Assembly (NCBI RefSeq): GCF_964188315.1
Contig: NC_135663.1
Coordinates: 124,001-188,000 of the forward strand
DNA: 64,000 bases
Origin: Podarcis muralis
Lineage: Eukaryota
Reading direction: 5' to 3'
Of the stretch, positions 45,251 through 56,657 are shown piece after piece. Both the position numbers and the translations under genes were made by a program. The number at the start of each line of letters is the position of its first letter. Position 1 is the stretch's first letter. Under the pieces are notes generated by a model. It made no database searches, was not told the DNA's origin, and saw nothing but the letters and a program-made list of their open reading frames with translations.

Positions 45251-48134
45251 ATGGAGGCGCCCCGGGAAGACGCCCTGCAGAGTGAGTGGCCCTGGGCGGG
45301 AGGGGGGAGGGAGGGAGGAGAAGCGCGCTCCCGCGCCGGGTCCCTTGCGGGGCCAGACTGGGGTAGGGGCTCTGGGGCTCCCCCCCCCAGCAGCTGCAGC
45401 AGCATCCCCCAGGCGGTGGCGGGGGGCGGGATCCAGTTCGGCCCCTCTAACTGCCTCTTCCCGCCTGCCTGCCCGCTTCCTAGGCTCCTGGGTGGAGGTG
45501 CCCCCACTTGACCTGGAGGAGCCCCCCACGCCGGCCTGTGCGCCCCACCGCGACATGGAGCGGATCCTGCTGGAAGCGCAGCTGGAGATGGAGCCGCCGC
45601 GGGCCGAGGGGTAGGTGGTCGTGGGTAGATGACTCTTTCGTGGGCAGCGGGGTCGGCGGAACTCCTTGCAACTGGCTGTGAGCGCAGCAGGCGAAAGGGA
45701 GGCTCTGCGGTGGACAAGCGGGCGGCGGCTGCTAGCTCCGAAGGGCCGGGAAGCGACGACACCGGGGGGCGGCGGGAGAGCAAGCTTGGACTGCCGGGTC
45801 TCGGGTGAGGGGACGGCAGATCAGCCTCTCGGAGTCAGACAGGCGCTACTGGGCATCCCTGGCTCTTCGCTCCTTCCTTAACCCCTGCTCAGGGCTGCGT
45901 ACCCAGGGGGCGGCCCACTGCCTGGGGGAGGCCAGCTCTTCCTTCCAAGTCCTCCCGCGAGCCTGACTCGACTCCCCCCCCCCCCCCCGGCTATGGGGCT
46001 GCATGAGGGGCTCCTTAGGCTTTCACTGGAGTTGGCATAACTGCGCTCCTAAGCAAATTCCGGTCAGCTCCTTTGAATGCTAGGTAATTATTGCACGGAT
46101 GTTCCCTCAGGACTCGCGGTTCTCTTCCCTTCCCTTTTGGGATGCTCTGAAACGTCAAAGTTTGAACCAAATCGCCTCTCTTGAGATTTGTATTTCTGAA
46201 CTTCTCACTGAGAAATTGGAAAGTCTGGCTGATTTTCTTTGGGCTCCACCTTGCCACACGAACCTGAGGATGTGAACCCCACATCCTGCCATTATAAATG
46301 TACCAGAGCTGGAAGAATCATGGAATCACAGAATTGTAGAGTTAGAAGGGACCTCCAAGGCCCATCTAGTCCAACCCCCTGAAATGCAGGAATCTCAACA
46401 ACATGACTGATGCCATCCAACCTCTGCTTTACAATCTCCAAGGAAGGAGACTCCACCGCCTCCCTAGAGAGTCTGTTCCACTGTCAGCCAGCTCAGAAAG
46501 CTCTTCCTGGGGTTTAGTCACAAGGAGCCTTTGCTGTGTGGGCTCTGGTTTCTACAGCTGCTCCCCCAGAAAGACCGGCCTGGGAGTGGCCACCAGACGT
46601 CTTCCAGGGACTGCCACAGTCAGGACACACAAACCCCCTGCAAGGCTGACCTGGGCTTCTTCTGTGGGTGACAACTCGGCTCCCTTCTCCTGTCTGGGCT
46701 CCATTGGCCAGCCTCTTCACCTGCCCAGGAGGACAGGAGGCTCCTGCCTTCTGAAGGGCTCACCTGAGCATCCTGCAGGCTGTGGACAGGTCTGGCCTGG
46801 TAGAGATTTAGGTCCACTGAGGGCATCAGCCTCTCAAGGGCTTCACAGCAGCTTCTGAGCATGCTCACAAACAGCATGGCAGCAAAATCTCTCTTGTGCC
46901 TGAACACACAGACAGCGAGAGCAATTTCTCACCAGCAGATTCCATTTCTTGTGTTTCCAGCTCCTTCCGTGCACTGAAGGCGCCTGGTGTGGAGGACCTG
47001 AGCCCAGGGCAGGTGAGTGTCAACGCTGAGGTGTGCAAAGGAGCCACCTGGGCCATGGGCTTGTGGTCTTGTGGCCTCAGAATGAGAAGGCGCCAACCAA
47101 ACGGGGGTCTTGAAAGGTTTAATCTCAGGGGTCATTGTGGTGCCTGACCCATGAAGCACCTCAAGTTCCATAGACAAGGTGTGTTCACACCCACCCACAA
47201 GACATGCCCAGATGGTTGCCCAGGTGATATGCCCCCCTTCATCCTTAAAAAAAATTATGGGGTGCTGCACTTTCTCTTTGCAGAGGGAAGACGCTGAAGG
47301 GTCTGTCCAGCTGGGGACCCTGCCCTGGTCGTGGCCCAGCCCCCCTGAGCACCAAAAGTAAGGATGGCTCTTCACTGGCTTTCCCCGGGGGTCCTGGCTT
47401 CAGGCAGCCCCCCCAAAAACTCTCACCCCACTGCTTGCTCCACTTTGGACTCTGTCTGTCTGTCTCTCTGCAGGGAGCTGGCCTGCCTGCCCCCTGCGTG
47501 TGCCCCCCTGCTCAGCCCAGTTCTACACAGGAGGAGGGGGTTGCGGGACCCCCAGCTGCTGCTTCTGGTCATCCCCTCTCTGCTGCTCAGCCACGTCTTG
47601 GCCTTTGGCCTTGGGTGAGTCGGGGGGGGAGGGGGAGGCAACGAAGCAGGCACAGTTAGCGCCTCCAAACCTCTTGCCTGGACTCCTCTCTCACACACAG
47701 CAGTGGCCCACCAGCTGAGGAGAAATGGGATCGTGGCAAAACATGGGGATGGGGGTTGATTTTTCTCTCCCTTTACGGAAACACCCTTAATTCTGCCCAG
47801 TGCAGGCAGCCCCCTATAGTGTCTGTCTCCTCCCCCTCCCCTCCAAAACGTCTTGAGACCTGCGGTGAAGTCTCTGAGCACCTGGCTGGCTGCTGCAGAA
47901 GCGGATGCTGGATTAGATGGGACTCCTCTGGCCTGATCCAGCAGCCTCTTCTCATGTTCTTCTGCTGCTCAGAGCCTTCCTTGCCTCTCCCACTTGCCTG
48001 GAGGAGCGTAGCAAGAGAGGAGCTGAGGCCTGGCCTCTCCTGAGCAAGCCCCTCACTCACTGCCCTCTTCCTCTCCTCTCTCCAGCATTTGTATCGGGAA
48101 GCGTCTGGCTGCCTCCCCATCAAGCAGCCTGTGA
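45251..48134 (+). CDS. BNIP3/BNIP3L(NIX)-family paralog, 6 exons, 157 aa
   Basis: Exons 45251-45281, 45484-45610, 46961-47012, 47284-47357, 47474-47614, 48086-48134 total 474 nt, all GT-AG, phases 1,2,0,2,2. Protein MEAPREDALQSSWVEV...DMERILLEAQLE...LPWSWPSPPEHQKE...VIPSLLLSHVLAFGLGICIGKRLAASPSSSL versus BNIP3 SWVEL / DMEKILLDAQHE / WDWSSRPE / [29 protein letters not shown] at 48615-48620. Confidence 0.9.
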
Positions 48135-49158
48135 GAAGACGCGAGGGGCCTCCTGGGACACCCCACCCCCCACCCCAGCTCCCCTTTCTCCACGCTCCAC
48201 ACCAAACTGTTGCACGGCCCCGTCTTGCCCAAGACCACCTGAGAAGCGGTGCAGAGCCCGGCATCAAACCTGATACCCTCACCCACCCACTTCCGTGTAC
48301 ACAACCTTCCTTGCCTCTGCTGTGGGGCCCAGCCTTCATAAAGACTTAGCCCCAAAGCCCCCTCTCCACTTTCCCTGCTGCAGTGGGGCAGAGGGGATTG
48401 GGTTGCTGGACTCCAGTGGCGGCGGCAGCAGCTCCCTTCCTCCCCCTCCTCTCCCAGCTAGCAGCTGGGAGTTAGAGCCTGGACACATCTGGAAGGCCAC
48501 ACCTGGAGGTTGTGCTACCCCCCCCCCACCATGCCAATCCAAGGAGCTTCGGAAAGACAATCTGCAGCAAAGCATGGCAGCTGATCTACTGGAACATGCC
48601 GTTGCTTCATTCAAAATAAATCCTGTTTTTCAAAATCCTAAAAAAGTCTACCAGGCATTTATTTTTAATGTATGGGGGAGAGTAGTTGTGCTTTGGGTGT
48701 GGAGTGAGGGGCACCATGTCCTGGCAATGCCATGGGGTAAGAAGCCCCCTCAAATATGTTATTGGTGGAGCCAAAGGGACCTCAGACCCTAGGAGTTGGC
48801 TCCTGTGTGGCTGCCTTGGATTGAGGCCTCCTCCGTCACTGGGGGGAGCACCCCATGTCACTGGGGGGAGCTGCTGCTCTCAGCCTGGCTGGGGGCACCT
48901 CTCTTTTCTCCAGTCCCTGGCTGGACCCCACACTGCTCTTATTTTTGTCTATTTGGTTTTCAAAAGTTTACATACTTTAACATCTAATTTATCCAGTGTT
49001 TGTTTTCTGGGGGGCGCAGCGGTACGATTTGAACTATAAAATTGTGATTTTCTTGAGTCAAAATGAGAGTACCCCTCAACATTTTTTTTAATAGAAAAAA
49101 GCACTGAATTTATTCACTGACTTCCCCTTCCCCTTCCATGATGTTCTATATTTATCCT

Positions 49159-49368
49159 GTTACAGATAGGTAGCCGTGTTGGTCTGCCATCGTCAAAACA
49201 AAAAAAATTCCTTCCAGTAGCACCTTAAAGACCAACTAAGTTAGTTCTTGGTATGAGCTTTCGTGTGCATGCACACTTCTTCAGATACACAGATACACAT
49301 GCATGCACACGAAAGCTCATACCAAGAACTAACTTAGTTGGTCTTTAAGGTGCTACTGGAAGGAATTT
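49159..49368. mobile_element. Penelope-like element remnant: 70-bp perfect inverted repeat with 12-bp TSD
   Basis: Arms 49204-49273 and 49300-49369 are exact reverse complements; TATATTTATCCT at 49147-49158 and 49369-49380. Sequence resembles reptile Penelope-like pseudo-LTRs (gtagcaccttaaagacc...agctttcgtg). Confidence 0.8.
49251..49288 (-). ncRNA. Minimal type I hammerhead ribozyme motif (Penelope-associated)
   Basis: Minus strand GUAU-CUGAAGA-A-GUGUG(CAUG)CACAC-GAAA-GCUC/AUAC: stem I GUAU:AUAC, core CUGANGA and GAAA, palindromic AGCU for helix III. Confidence 0.65.
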
Positions 49369-51269
49369 TATATTTATCCTTTAACTTTTGACACTCCATA
49401 GAGAGCCCGCACATCTCCTTGCCACCAGCAGAGGGTGCTGCAGACCAGCATTTGGCTTCTCCTGGCGCCTCCATGCTGGTCTGCAAGCCAAGCTTTCCTA
49501 ATCCTGACCTTGTTGCACAAGGCAAAACCGAGGGAAGGTTCCACTTGCCTCAGTGAGCCCAACATAGCCCACTCTGACTGGCAGCTCCTCCCTTCCCTGG
49601 CCTTGCTACTAGAGCTGCTTATCTGGACATGCATCCTTGGAAGCTGAAATCATAGCCAGAGATTTGGAACAGGCAGGAGAACGGACTTCACACAGCCCCT
49701 CGATAGACCTGTGGAACTCACTGCCACAAGAGGGAAAAGCCCACTTGGATGGCTTTAAACGAGGTTGTGGAAAAGAAGGCTAGGAATGGTCACTAGCTAC
49801 AATGGCCGTATCCTGCTTCCAGAATCAGAGGCAGAGGTCTCTCAATACCAGTTGCTGGGAATCACAAGGAATCAGAGTTTGGCTCTTGAGCTTCGGTTCT
49901 GCTTGTGGACTTCTTCCCATTGGCTGGCCACTGGCCTCATCCAGCAGGCTCTTCCTGGCCTCTGGGCACCCCCCAGCACCTTCCATAGCCCCACCTCTGG
50001 GACCGTGGGGGCTGACAGCCTCCCTGCCAAGCAGCTCAGTCTCTTCCTCACTGGATCCCTCCGTGGGGGGCAAAGGGGGCAGGCAGGACACAAGCTTCCT
50101 TGGCTGCTGCTGCTGCTGCTGCCCAGGCCCTTGAGATGCCCATCGGGGATGCCAAGCCCAGGGGTCAGGAGCCCACGTGGGCCTGGTTCCCTGCCAAGCC
50201 CAGGCCAAGCCCAGACCTCCAGCAGCCTCACTCTGTTGGGCCAGGAAGAGGTTGGAGGTTCGTACTCACCCTGAGGGCCTTGCGGGTGCAGGAAGGGACC
50301 CTCCCCAATCAAGACTGGCCATGGCAGATGAGGGCAAGGGGGTTGCCCCTCCCCTTTAGCTCCTCGGGGCCACCAGAAAGTGTCTCCTCACCCAGGCACT
50401 TGCCTCTGGACTTGATCCTCCGGCCAATCAATTTCACTGGGTGACGACAACCCATTTTTTTTCTAGCAGATGAGACAGAAGGGGAGGAATCTCTCCACTC
50501 CAGCTACAATTTTAAAAACTGCTGGTTAAATTCCCATGTGGGTCTTTGATTTTACACACTTTGCATCAGTTGTGGCCAAAATATTTCAGAGCTTGAAACA
50601 ATAAACCCAAATGTGGGGGTCACTTCCCCAACAGTCAGTATCTTATAATAAAGATCATTGGTTGAACTTTACTGGTGCCCCAATCCGGGTCCTGCAGTGC
50701 CCCCCCCCCTGCCAGGTGACTTGGAACAGCAGCATAGCTAGCCACTCAGGTGCCTGGGGTGGTGCGCACGCCCTGCAGCCGGGGGCAGAGCAAGCCGCCC
50801 ACGGGGATGGGGCGAGCTAAGACCCTCTCCACAGCCTCCTCTCAGCTGTAGGCTGGCTGAGGCGGTGGGCAGACGCAAGCCCTCGAAAAAGCAGTGTGGA
50901 GCTTGCAGGCAGTCCGCCCGCCGCCCCCCCCCTCAGGAAAGATGCGTGGCTCAGGCAGGCTGCAGGCCCCCCGGTGTGGCGCCCAGTGCCCCCCACCTCA
51001 CCCAGCTACCTGGGCTTCTGCAGTGGCGCAGGAAAGGGCGTGTGGTGGGTGCGGGAGTTATTTTTTGTCACCCCCCTCAGTGATGACACCTGGGGCGGAC
51101 CGCACCCCCTGCACCCCCCTTCCTCAGCCACAGAGTAGGAAGTTACATTGCTGCCAGGGGTGGGGAGGGGCTTGTGCTGATTCTGGGATAAAGCAGCCTT
51201 CCCGCCCCCCCCCCCCCCGAAGAAAGACTCTGAAGGAGAAGCAGTTTGAAAACAGGCGCCTCACAGGAG

Positions 51270-51275
51270 TTTATT
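51270..51275 (-). terminator. Poly(A) signal of the INSYN2-family gene
   Basis: AATAAA on the minus strand about 240 nt past the stop at 51515. Confidence 0.6.
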
Positions 51276-51514
51276 GAGACCTCCTCGGATACAGTGTGTG
51301 TGTCTTCCCTTCTCTCCCCCATCCTTTCATTGGGGGGGGGGGGTGCTCTGCAAGTTAAACTGGACAGATCTGAACAATAAAAAGGCTGGTGCAATCCCTC
51401 CATGCTGCGGCTCTGTGGCAGGTTGACTGGTGTGGACTGATGGGGGGAGGCAGCCCCCTCACCCCATGGCTCCTTGGGGAGGGAGACCCCCGGACCCTTC
51501 TGGGCACGGCACCA

Positions 51515-54500
51515 TCACAGGAACCAAAAACACTTTCGCCGGGACTTCTTGGCCTCCGCTTTCACCACGGGCAGATTCAGCGTTGGCGACGGCTCCTGGT
51601 GGCTTGGCGTGGCAGCTCGCGTGGCCACCGGGGGGCTGTGGCTCAGCTCAGGCTCAATGGTGCTCAGCACCTGCTGCAAACGCCCCTCCTGCTTCCGGAA
51701 ATCATGTTCCACGCTGCGGGGAGGCGGGGAGCAAGTCAGAGGGAGGCGTCTCCCAAGGAACCCCACTCAGCCAACGCTCGTGATTGGGGACAGAGATGGG
51801 GGTCTGGCTGGGCTGCCCCCATCCCTCCTGGGGGGCCGTGGGAGCTGGTGCAGAGGAGGCAGGTCAGCTGGCAGGAGCCTGGGGAGGCCGCCAATGGGAG
51901 CCCGTCTGCCTCCGCCGACCCTGGCATGTCTCACCCGTCGCCGCAGCGGCAGAGACAGACCCGTCAATCCCAATTAGCACTGATGCCTTGTGCGAAACAC
52001 ACAGGCAGGAGGCCAGAAGGAGCCGGCGGGCGGGCAGGCAGGCAGGCAGGCAGGCAGGGTGGCGGGGAGAGGAAGAGGGCCCAGTCCTGCCAGGGAGGCT
52101 CTGCACAGCCAGCCAGCCAGACCCCCCACCCCCAAAACAGCCTCCGAGGGTCAATGGAAACGTAGGGGAGGAACCCAGAGAAAAGGCTCCAAGGAGCAGA
52201 GGCTGCCGGTCTCTCCTTCCTTGGAGGTTTTTAAACGGAGGTCGGGAGGCCGTCTGCCAGGGATGCTTGCGGGGGGCTGGTCTAGAAGACCCTCAGGGGT
52301 CCCTTCCAACTCTACAAGTCCAGGATTCTTTGGTCTGTGGAAGATGTCTTCCTTGTGCCAAACAGCCCTCTAGGACTCTGATTCTATGGAACCCAGAGCG
52401 CAGCCCACCTCTGCCCCCGGCAAGGAACTGGCAGAGACACCCGCCTCTCCCTGGGCATGGAGGCCCTTTCACCATCCTGGCTCACAGCCCTCCTCTAACC
52501 CCTCCTTAACAAATTGTCCAGTAGCACCTTAGAGACCAACTCCGTTTGTTCTGGACAGAAACTTCCGTGTGCATGCACACTTCTTCAGGTAATAGAAAAC
52601 TTAGACCCAGAACAAACGGAGTTGGTCTCTAAGGTGCTACTGGACAATTTTTAAATTTATTTTGACTGCGTCAGACCAACATGGTTACCTACCCTCCTTA
52701 ACACCCACTGAAGCAAGGGGCACCATAGATAGATTGGTGCCCAGGGCTGGGGGGGGGGGGCTCCTGGCATCCCTCCCCAGCTTCAAGGCAGTGGGAGTCA
52801 TTGGCTGACTCAGCGTCCCAGGACTAAAGCGAGGGAGGAGCAGGGCCAGAGACGCAGCCTCTGTTCTCGTGCCATGCTGGGGGGGGGGGGCTGCCACTGC
52901 AGGGACTCTGTCCTCCTGAGAAACTCCGGCAGGAGCAGACAGGCTGTGGCGGCCTGTCATTCTTCGCAGGCACCCTTCATATCACGTCTGCCAGAAACGC
53001 TTGCCTCCGCTTCCCTCAAGAACGTGATTGGGGCAGGCAGGCAGGCGGGCGGGCATGGGAGCCCTTGCCAGCTCCCTTGGGACTTCTCCAGCACCCAAGA
53101 CCTCTGGCAGCCCCCAGGGCACCCTGAACCCAGCCCACCAGCATCCGGCTGGCCACTGCGAGAGCACGATGATGGACTAGGTGGTCCACTGGCCTGATCC
53201 AGCAGCCACACTCTTCTTGTGCCACCCAACTCTATGAATGTATGAAATGTCAGTGTCAAGAATCATAGAATTGGAGAGTTGGAGGGGACCTCAGGGGTCA
53301 TCTCGTTCAACCCCCTGCAATGCAGGAATCTCAGCTAAAGCATGCAAGACAGGTGGCCCTCCAAGCAAGGGCCCAGGTGTCTCTAAGCCGGACTGGGGGG
53401 CAGCCTCACCCCCTGCCCCTGTATCTGGTATTCAGAGGCAGAACACAGCCAATGGGGCTGGTAGCCATTTGCGGCTGTCAGCTCCATGGGTCGGGGCCCT
53501 GTGGGGCTGCCCCAGCCTTGCAGTCGTTTCTGGGGTATGGTCCAAGCTCCCCACAGGCCCTGCAGAGTCTGCTTCTGCCCCATTGCGCCCCCATCAAAAT
53601 CCACTGCCCCTGCAGTGCCAGGGAGCCCCAGGATCAGGCCCAGGGCTCACTTAGTCCAGCCTCCTGTTCTCACAGTGACCAGCCAGATGCCTTGGGAAAC
53701 CCACAAGCAGGATCCGGGCGCAAGAGCAGCCCTTCCTCCTCCTGCAACTGGCCCTCTGAAGCCTGGCCACCTCCAGGGAAGGGGCTCTGCTGGAGAAGTG
53801 GGTGGTCTGGGGGGGGGAGAAGGTGAGAGGAAAATCTGCTGGGCAGGGAGGAGAGCGGTCTGCCTGAGACCCAGCAGGACCCCCAGACTGGAAAGCAGCC
53901 AAAAGACGAAGGAGCTGGGTGGGCTTAGCCTGAAAGTGGGTTGATGGAGGTGGGGAGATGCTGGCCCTTTAGGGAGGGGGGGTCCTCTTCACCCCAGGCC
54001 AACGATGCAGCCTTCCTCTCTCTCCAGAGTCCCCTTTGCCCAGGGTCATCACATCAATAATACTGAACAGGCGTACATTTTATGTTGATGTGAAATGTGG
54101 AGGTCAGGAGCCGATGTCTGGGCTGCCGGTGGATCTGTGGCCGGCAGCCGAGAGCAGCCGAGGTGGGGGAAGCCAGGGGGCACCCCCAAACCCCACCCCA
54201 CCCCCGCTCCCAGGCCCCTCCTACCTGTAGATGATGCAGGCACAGTCCCGGCACGTCCCGCAGTTGGTGGTGTCCTGCCCTGTCCGGTAGGACTGCCGCC
54301 TGAAACGGAGCAGAAGGAGCCCATGAGCAGAAGGCCCAGGCGCCCCCTCCCTGCCTGGTCGCAGGGGCCCCCTTTGGTGCCAGGGGGGCACAAGCAGCAA
54401 TGCCCAAAGGGCATCTGGTCAAGCAGCAGGGACCAGGGGGAGGGGAAGCATCAGGGCTGGCTTGGGGGGCCAGGAGACCCCGGGAGGTCTCAGGGAGGGA

Positions 54501-56657
54501 AGCGCAAGGCAGGCAGCCAGGCCAGGACTCAGGCCTCACAGCGCAGAGGCCGCCCCAAGGCAAGGGGGCTGGCCCCACAGTGGCACTGCTTCGGCTTCCA
54601 AAGTGAGCAGGCACAGTGCCAGGCGATGCCAAGGCTGGCTTGTGGCCCGCAGAACCTGCTGCTGCCACCATAAAAATGCTCCATCATTTAAAGCGCAGTC
54701 AAACCAAAAGGTCGTGTTTTGCTGGACAGCTGAAGCTCCCAGCATTTCCCTGTGCGTTTGCTGGAGAGAACTCTGAGAGAGACAGTCCCACGGTGCCCAG
54801 GCGGGCAGAGGGCACAGCCATAGAGCTCTTCTCCTTGCCTGCCTGGGCACATGCTCTCGTTTTTGTCTCTTCATCCCCAAGCCAGAAATGGGAGAACAGC
54901 TGCGAAGTCTGAGCTCTAATGTTCAGACACCATTTTAAGCTAAACTGAAGTCTGCCTCTCAAATTGGCTCATTTGGCTGGAGCCTGGTGCTGAAAACAAA
55001 GGTCACAGGTTCGATCCCCGTATGGGATAGCTGCATATTCCTCCATTGCAGGGGGTTGGACTAGATGACCCTCAGGGTCCCTAGAGGCTCGACAAATTTT
55101 GTCTCTGTAACTGAATTACCATTTTAAGCCTGCCTGAATAAAGCTGCTGTTATTCTGCCTCAGAAACTCTGAGTAGATGTTATTTTTATCTCTTACAAGA
55201 CTGTTTGTGTGATTATTGTTTTAAAAGGGGGAAATATCAGGAGAATCCAGTCTGCCTTAAAACATCCTAGATTATTAAACGGAAAGGCTAAAACTCGCCC
55301 ATCTAAGCAGCCAAAGGGATCTCACTCTGCAGAACTCACAAGTGTGAGGAAGAAGAATATCTAATAAATATAGCCTCTCCTGGCATCTATGCAACATCCC
55401 TGGCTCCAAAGAGTCAAGGCGGCTCTAGCCTGGCCAGTGGGGGCTCCTTGGGCAACCCAGACCCCCCCCAGACCCGCCTCACCCATCTCGCTGCGCCTCC
55501 TTCTTCTCCAGATCCTGAATGACATCGAGTAGCACCTTGATGGTTCGTTGGCTGGTCTCCAGCACCCCCTCGAGGGACTGCAGCTGGGAGTGGATGTCAC
55601 CCACCCACCCGGGGAGGTCCTGAGATGCTGGCGGGGGCGCCCTCTGCGCGGCAGCCACAGACACCAGCTGCAGAAGGTGGTCCTGCCCGCGGGGAAACGT
55701 CTCCCCAGGTCCAGCGGAGAGGCAGGTCTCAGGGGGGCAGCTGCGACCGGAGGAGGGCAGAAGGGGGTCCGGAGGCTTCTGGGAAGGCGTGGGGGCTGGG
55801 GGGTGGGCCTGAGTGGTGCTGAGGCTCCCTGGGGAGGCTGCAGGCGCTGCTGGTTTTCCTGACTTAGGGGGCCCTGCTGTGGGAAGCAGGAAGGCAGAGG
55901 TGGGGTCTTCGGTGGGGAGGCCCTGAGCAAGGGGGCAGGGGGCAGGGATGCCCCTCTGGGGGGCACAGGGAGGGGCTCTCGAGGCCTGCTCAGAGGGGGG
56001 TGGGCACAGCCAGGGGGCGCCAGAGCTGCTGCAGCTGCTTGGTGTGCCATGGGGCTGCGTGGAGGAGGGGGCACAGTGCTTGCGCTGGGAAGAGCAGCTG
56101 GCCGAGAGACACGGGGCCCCCCGCCCCGGGTACGGGGGGCATATCCCCCGGGGAGCTGGCAGCCCGGGGCACAGGGTGGCAGGAAGTCTGGGGCACTGCT
56201 GGGCGTGGGGTAAGGCGAGGGAGCAACCAAGGGCAGGAAGGCTGGCGGTGCCCCCCAGGGGCGGATCCTGGCTGCGGCCCACTGCACAGGGCGCCCCCTC
56301 CTGGGCGAGGTCGCAGGAGCTCTTGCTGCGGGTGGGCCGCTGCAGGCTGGGTGACGTCTGGCTGGCGGTGCTGATGCCAGTCGCCCCGTGGGGATCCGGC
56401 AGGGCGAGCAGCAGGCGGGGCCCGGATTGGGGCCAGCTCCGCCTGGCGCAGTTTGCGGCAGAGGCACGTGGGAGGTGGCTGCCCAGGGGCTCCTCTTCGC
56501 CCTCCTCTAGGTCCTTGAAGCGCACCTGCTGGGCGCGGTGGCGGCGGCGCTGCAGGCGGTCCTCAGCACCCGGCGAGTCGCGCTTGAGCAGCACGGAGCG
56601 GACCCCGGTGACAGCCTTCTCTTGCCCGGCCTCCGGGGCTGCCTCCTGGCTGGCCAT
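51515..56657 (-). CDS. INSYN2/FAM196-family paralog (INSYN2B-like), 3 coding exons, 482 aa
   Basis: Exons 56657-55483, 54299-54225, 51713-51515 (phase 2-2, GT-AG); ATG in GCTGCCATGG; 5' UTR acceptor at 57077. Motifs [87 protein letters not shown] match recalled INSYN2A/B. Confidence 0.9.
52511..52691. mobile_element. Second Penelope-like remnant: 44-bp perfect inverted repeat with 11-bp TSD, opposite orientation to the 49.2 kb copy
   Basis: Arms 52511-52554 and 52607-52650; CCCTCCTTAAC at 52500-52510 and 52692-52702; hammerhead core degenerate (GAAA changed to GGAA). Confidence 0.8.
54960..55081 (+). mobile_element. tRNA-derived SINE with CR1-type tail (POM/Squam1-like)
   Basis: A-box-like TGGCTGGAG, B-box GGTTCGATCCC (55008-55018), then the same cattgcagggggttggactagatgaccctcagggtccc tail found throughout the window. 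Confidence 0.75.

Noticed and set aside
45975-45990. Numerous long poly-C/poly-G runs as G-quadruplex signals
   Set aside because: Pervasive across this GC-rich region, with no positional specificity; homopolymer lengths may also be assembly-uncertain.
46558-46667. Possible extra exon of the BNIP3-like gene (acceptor tttctacag at 46557)
   Set aside because: The available donors (46619, 46668) give phases incompatible with the next exon; the six-exon model is complete without it.
54960-55030. tRNA gene
   Set aside because: Has A/B boxes but no complete cloverleaf, and continues directly into a CR1-type tail, so it is a SINE head.
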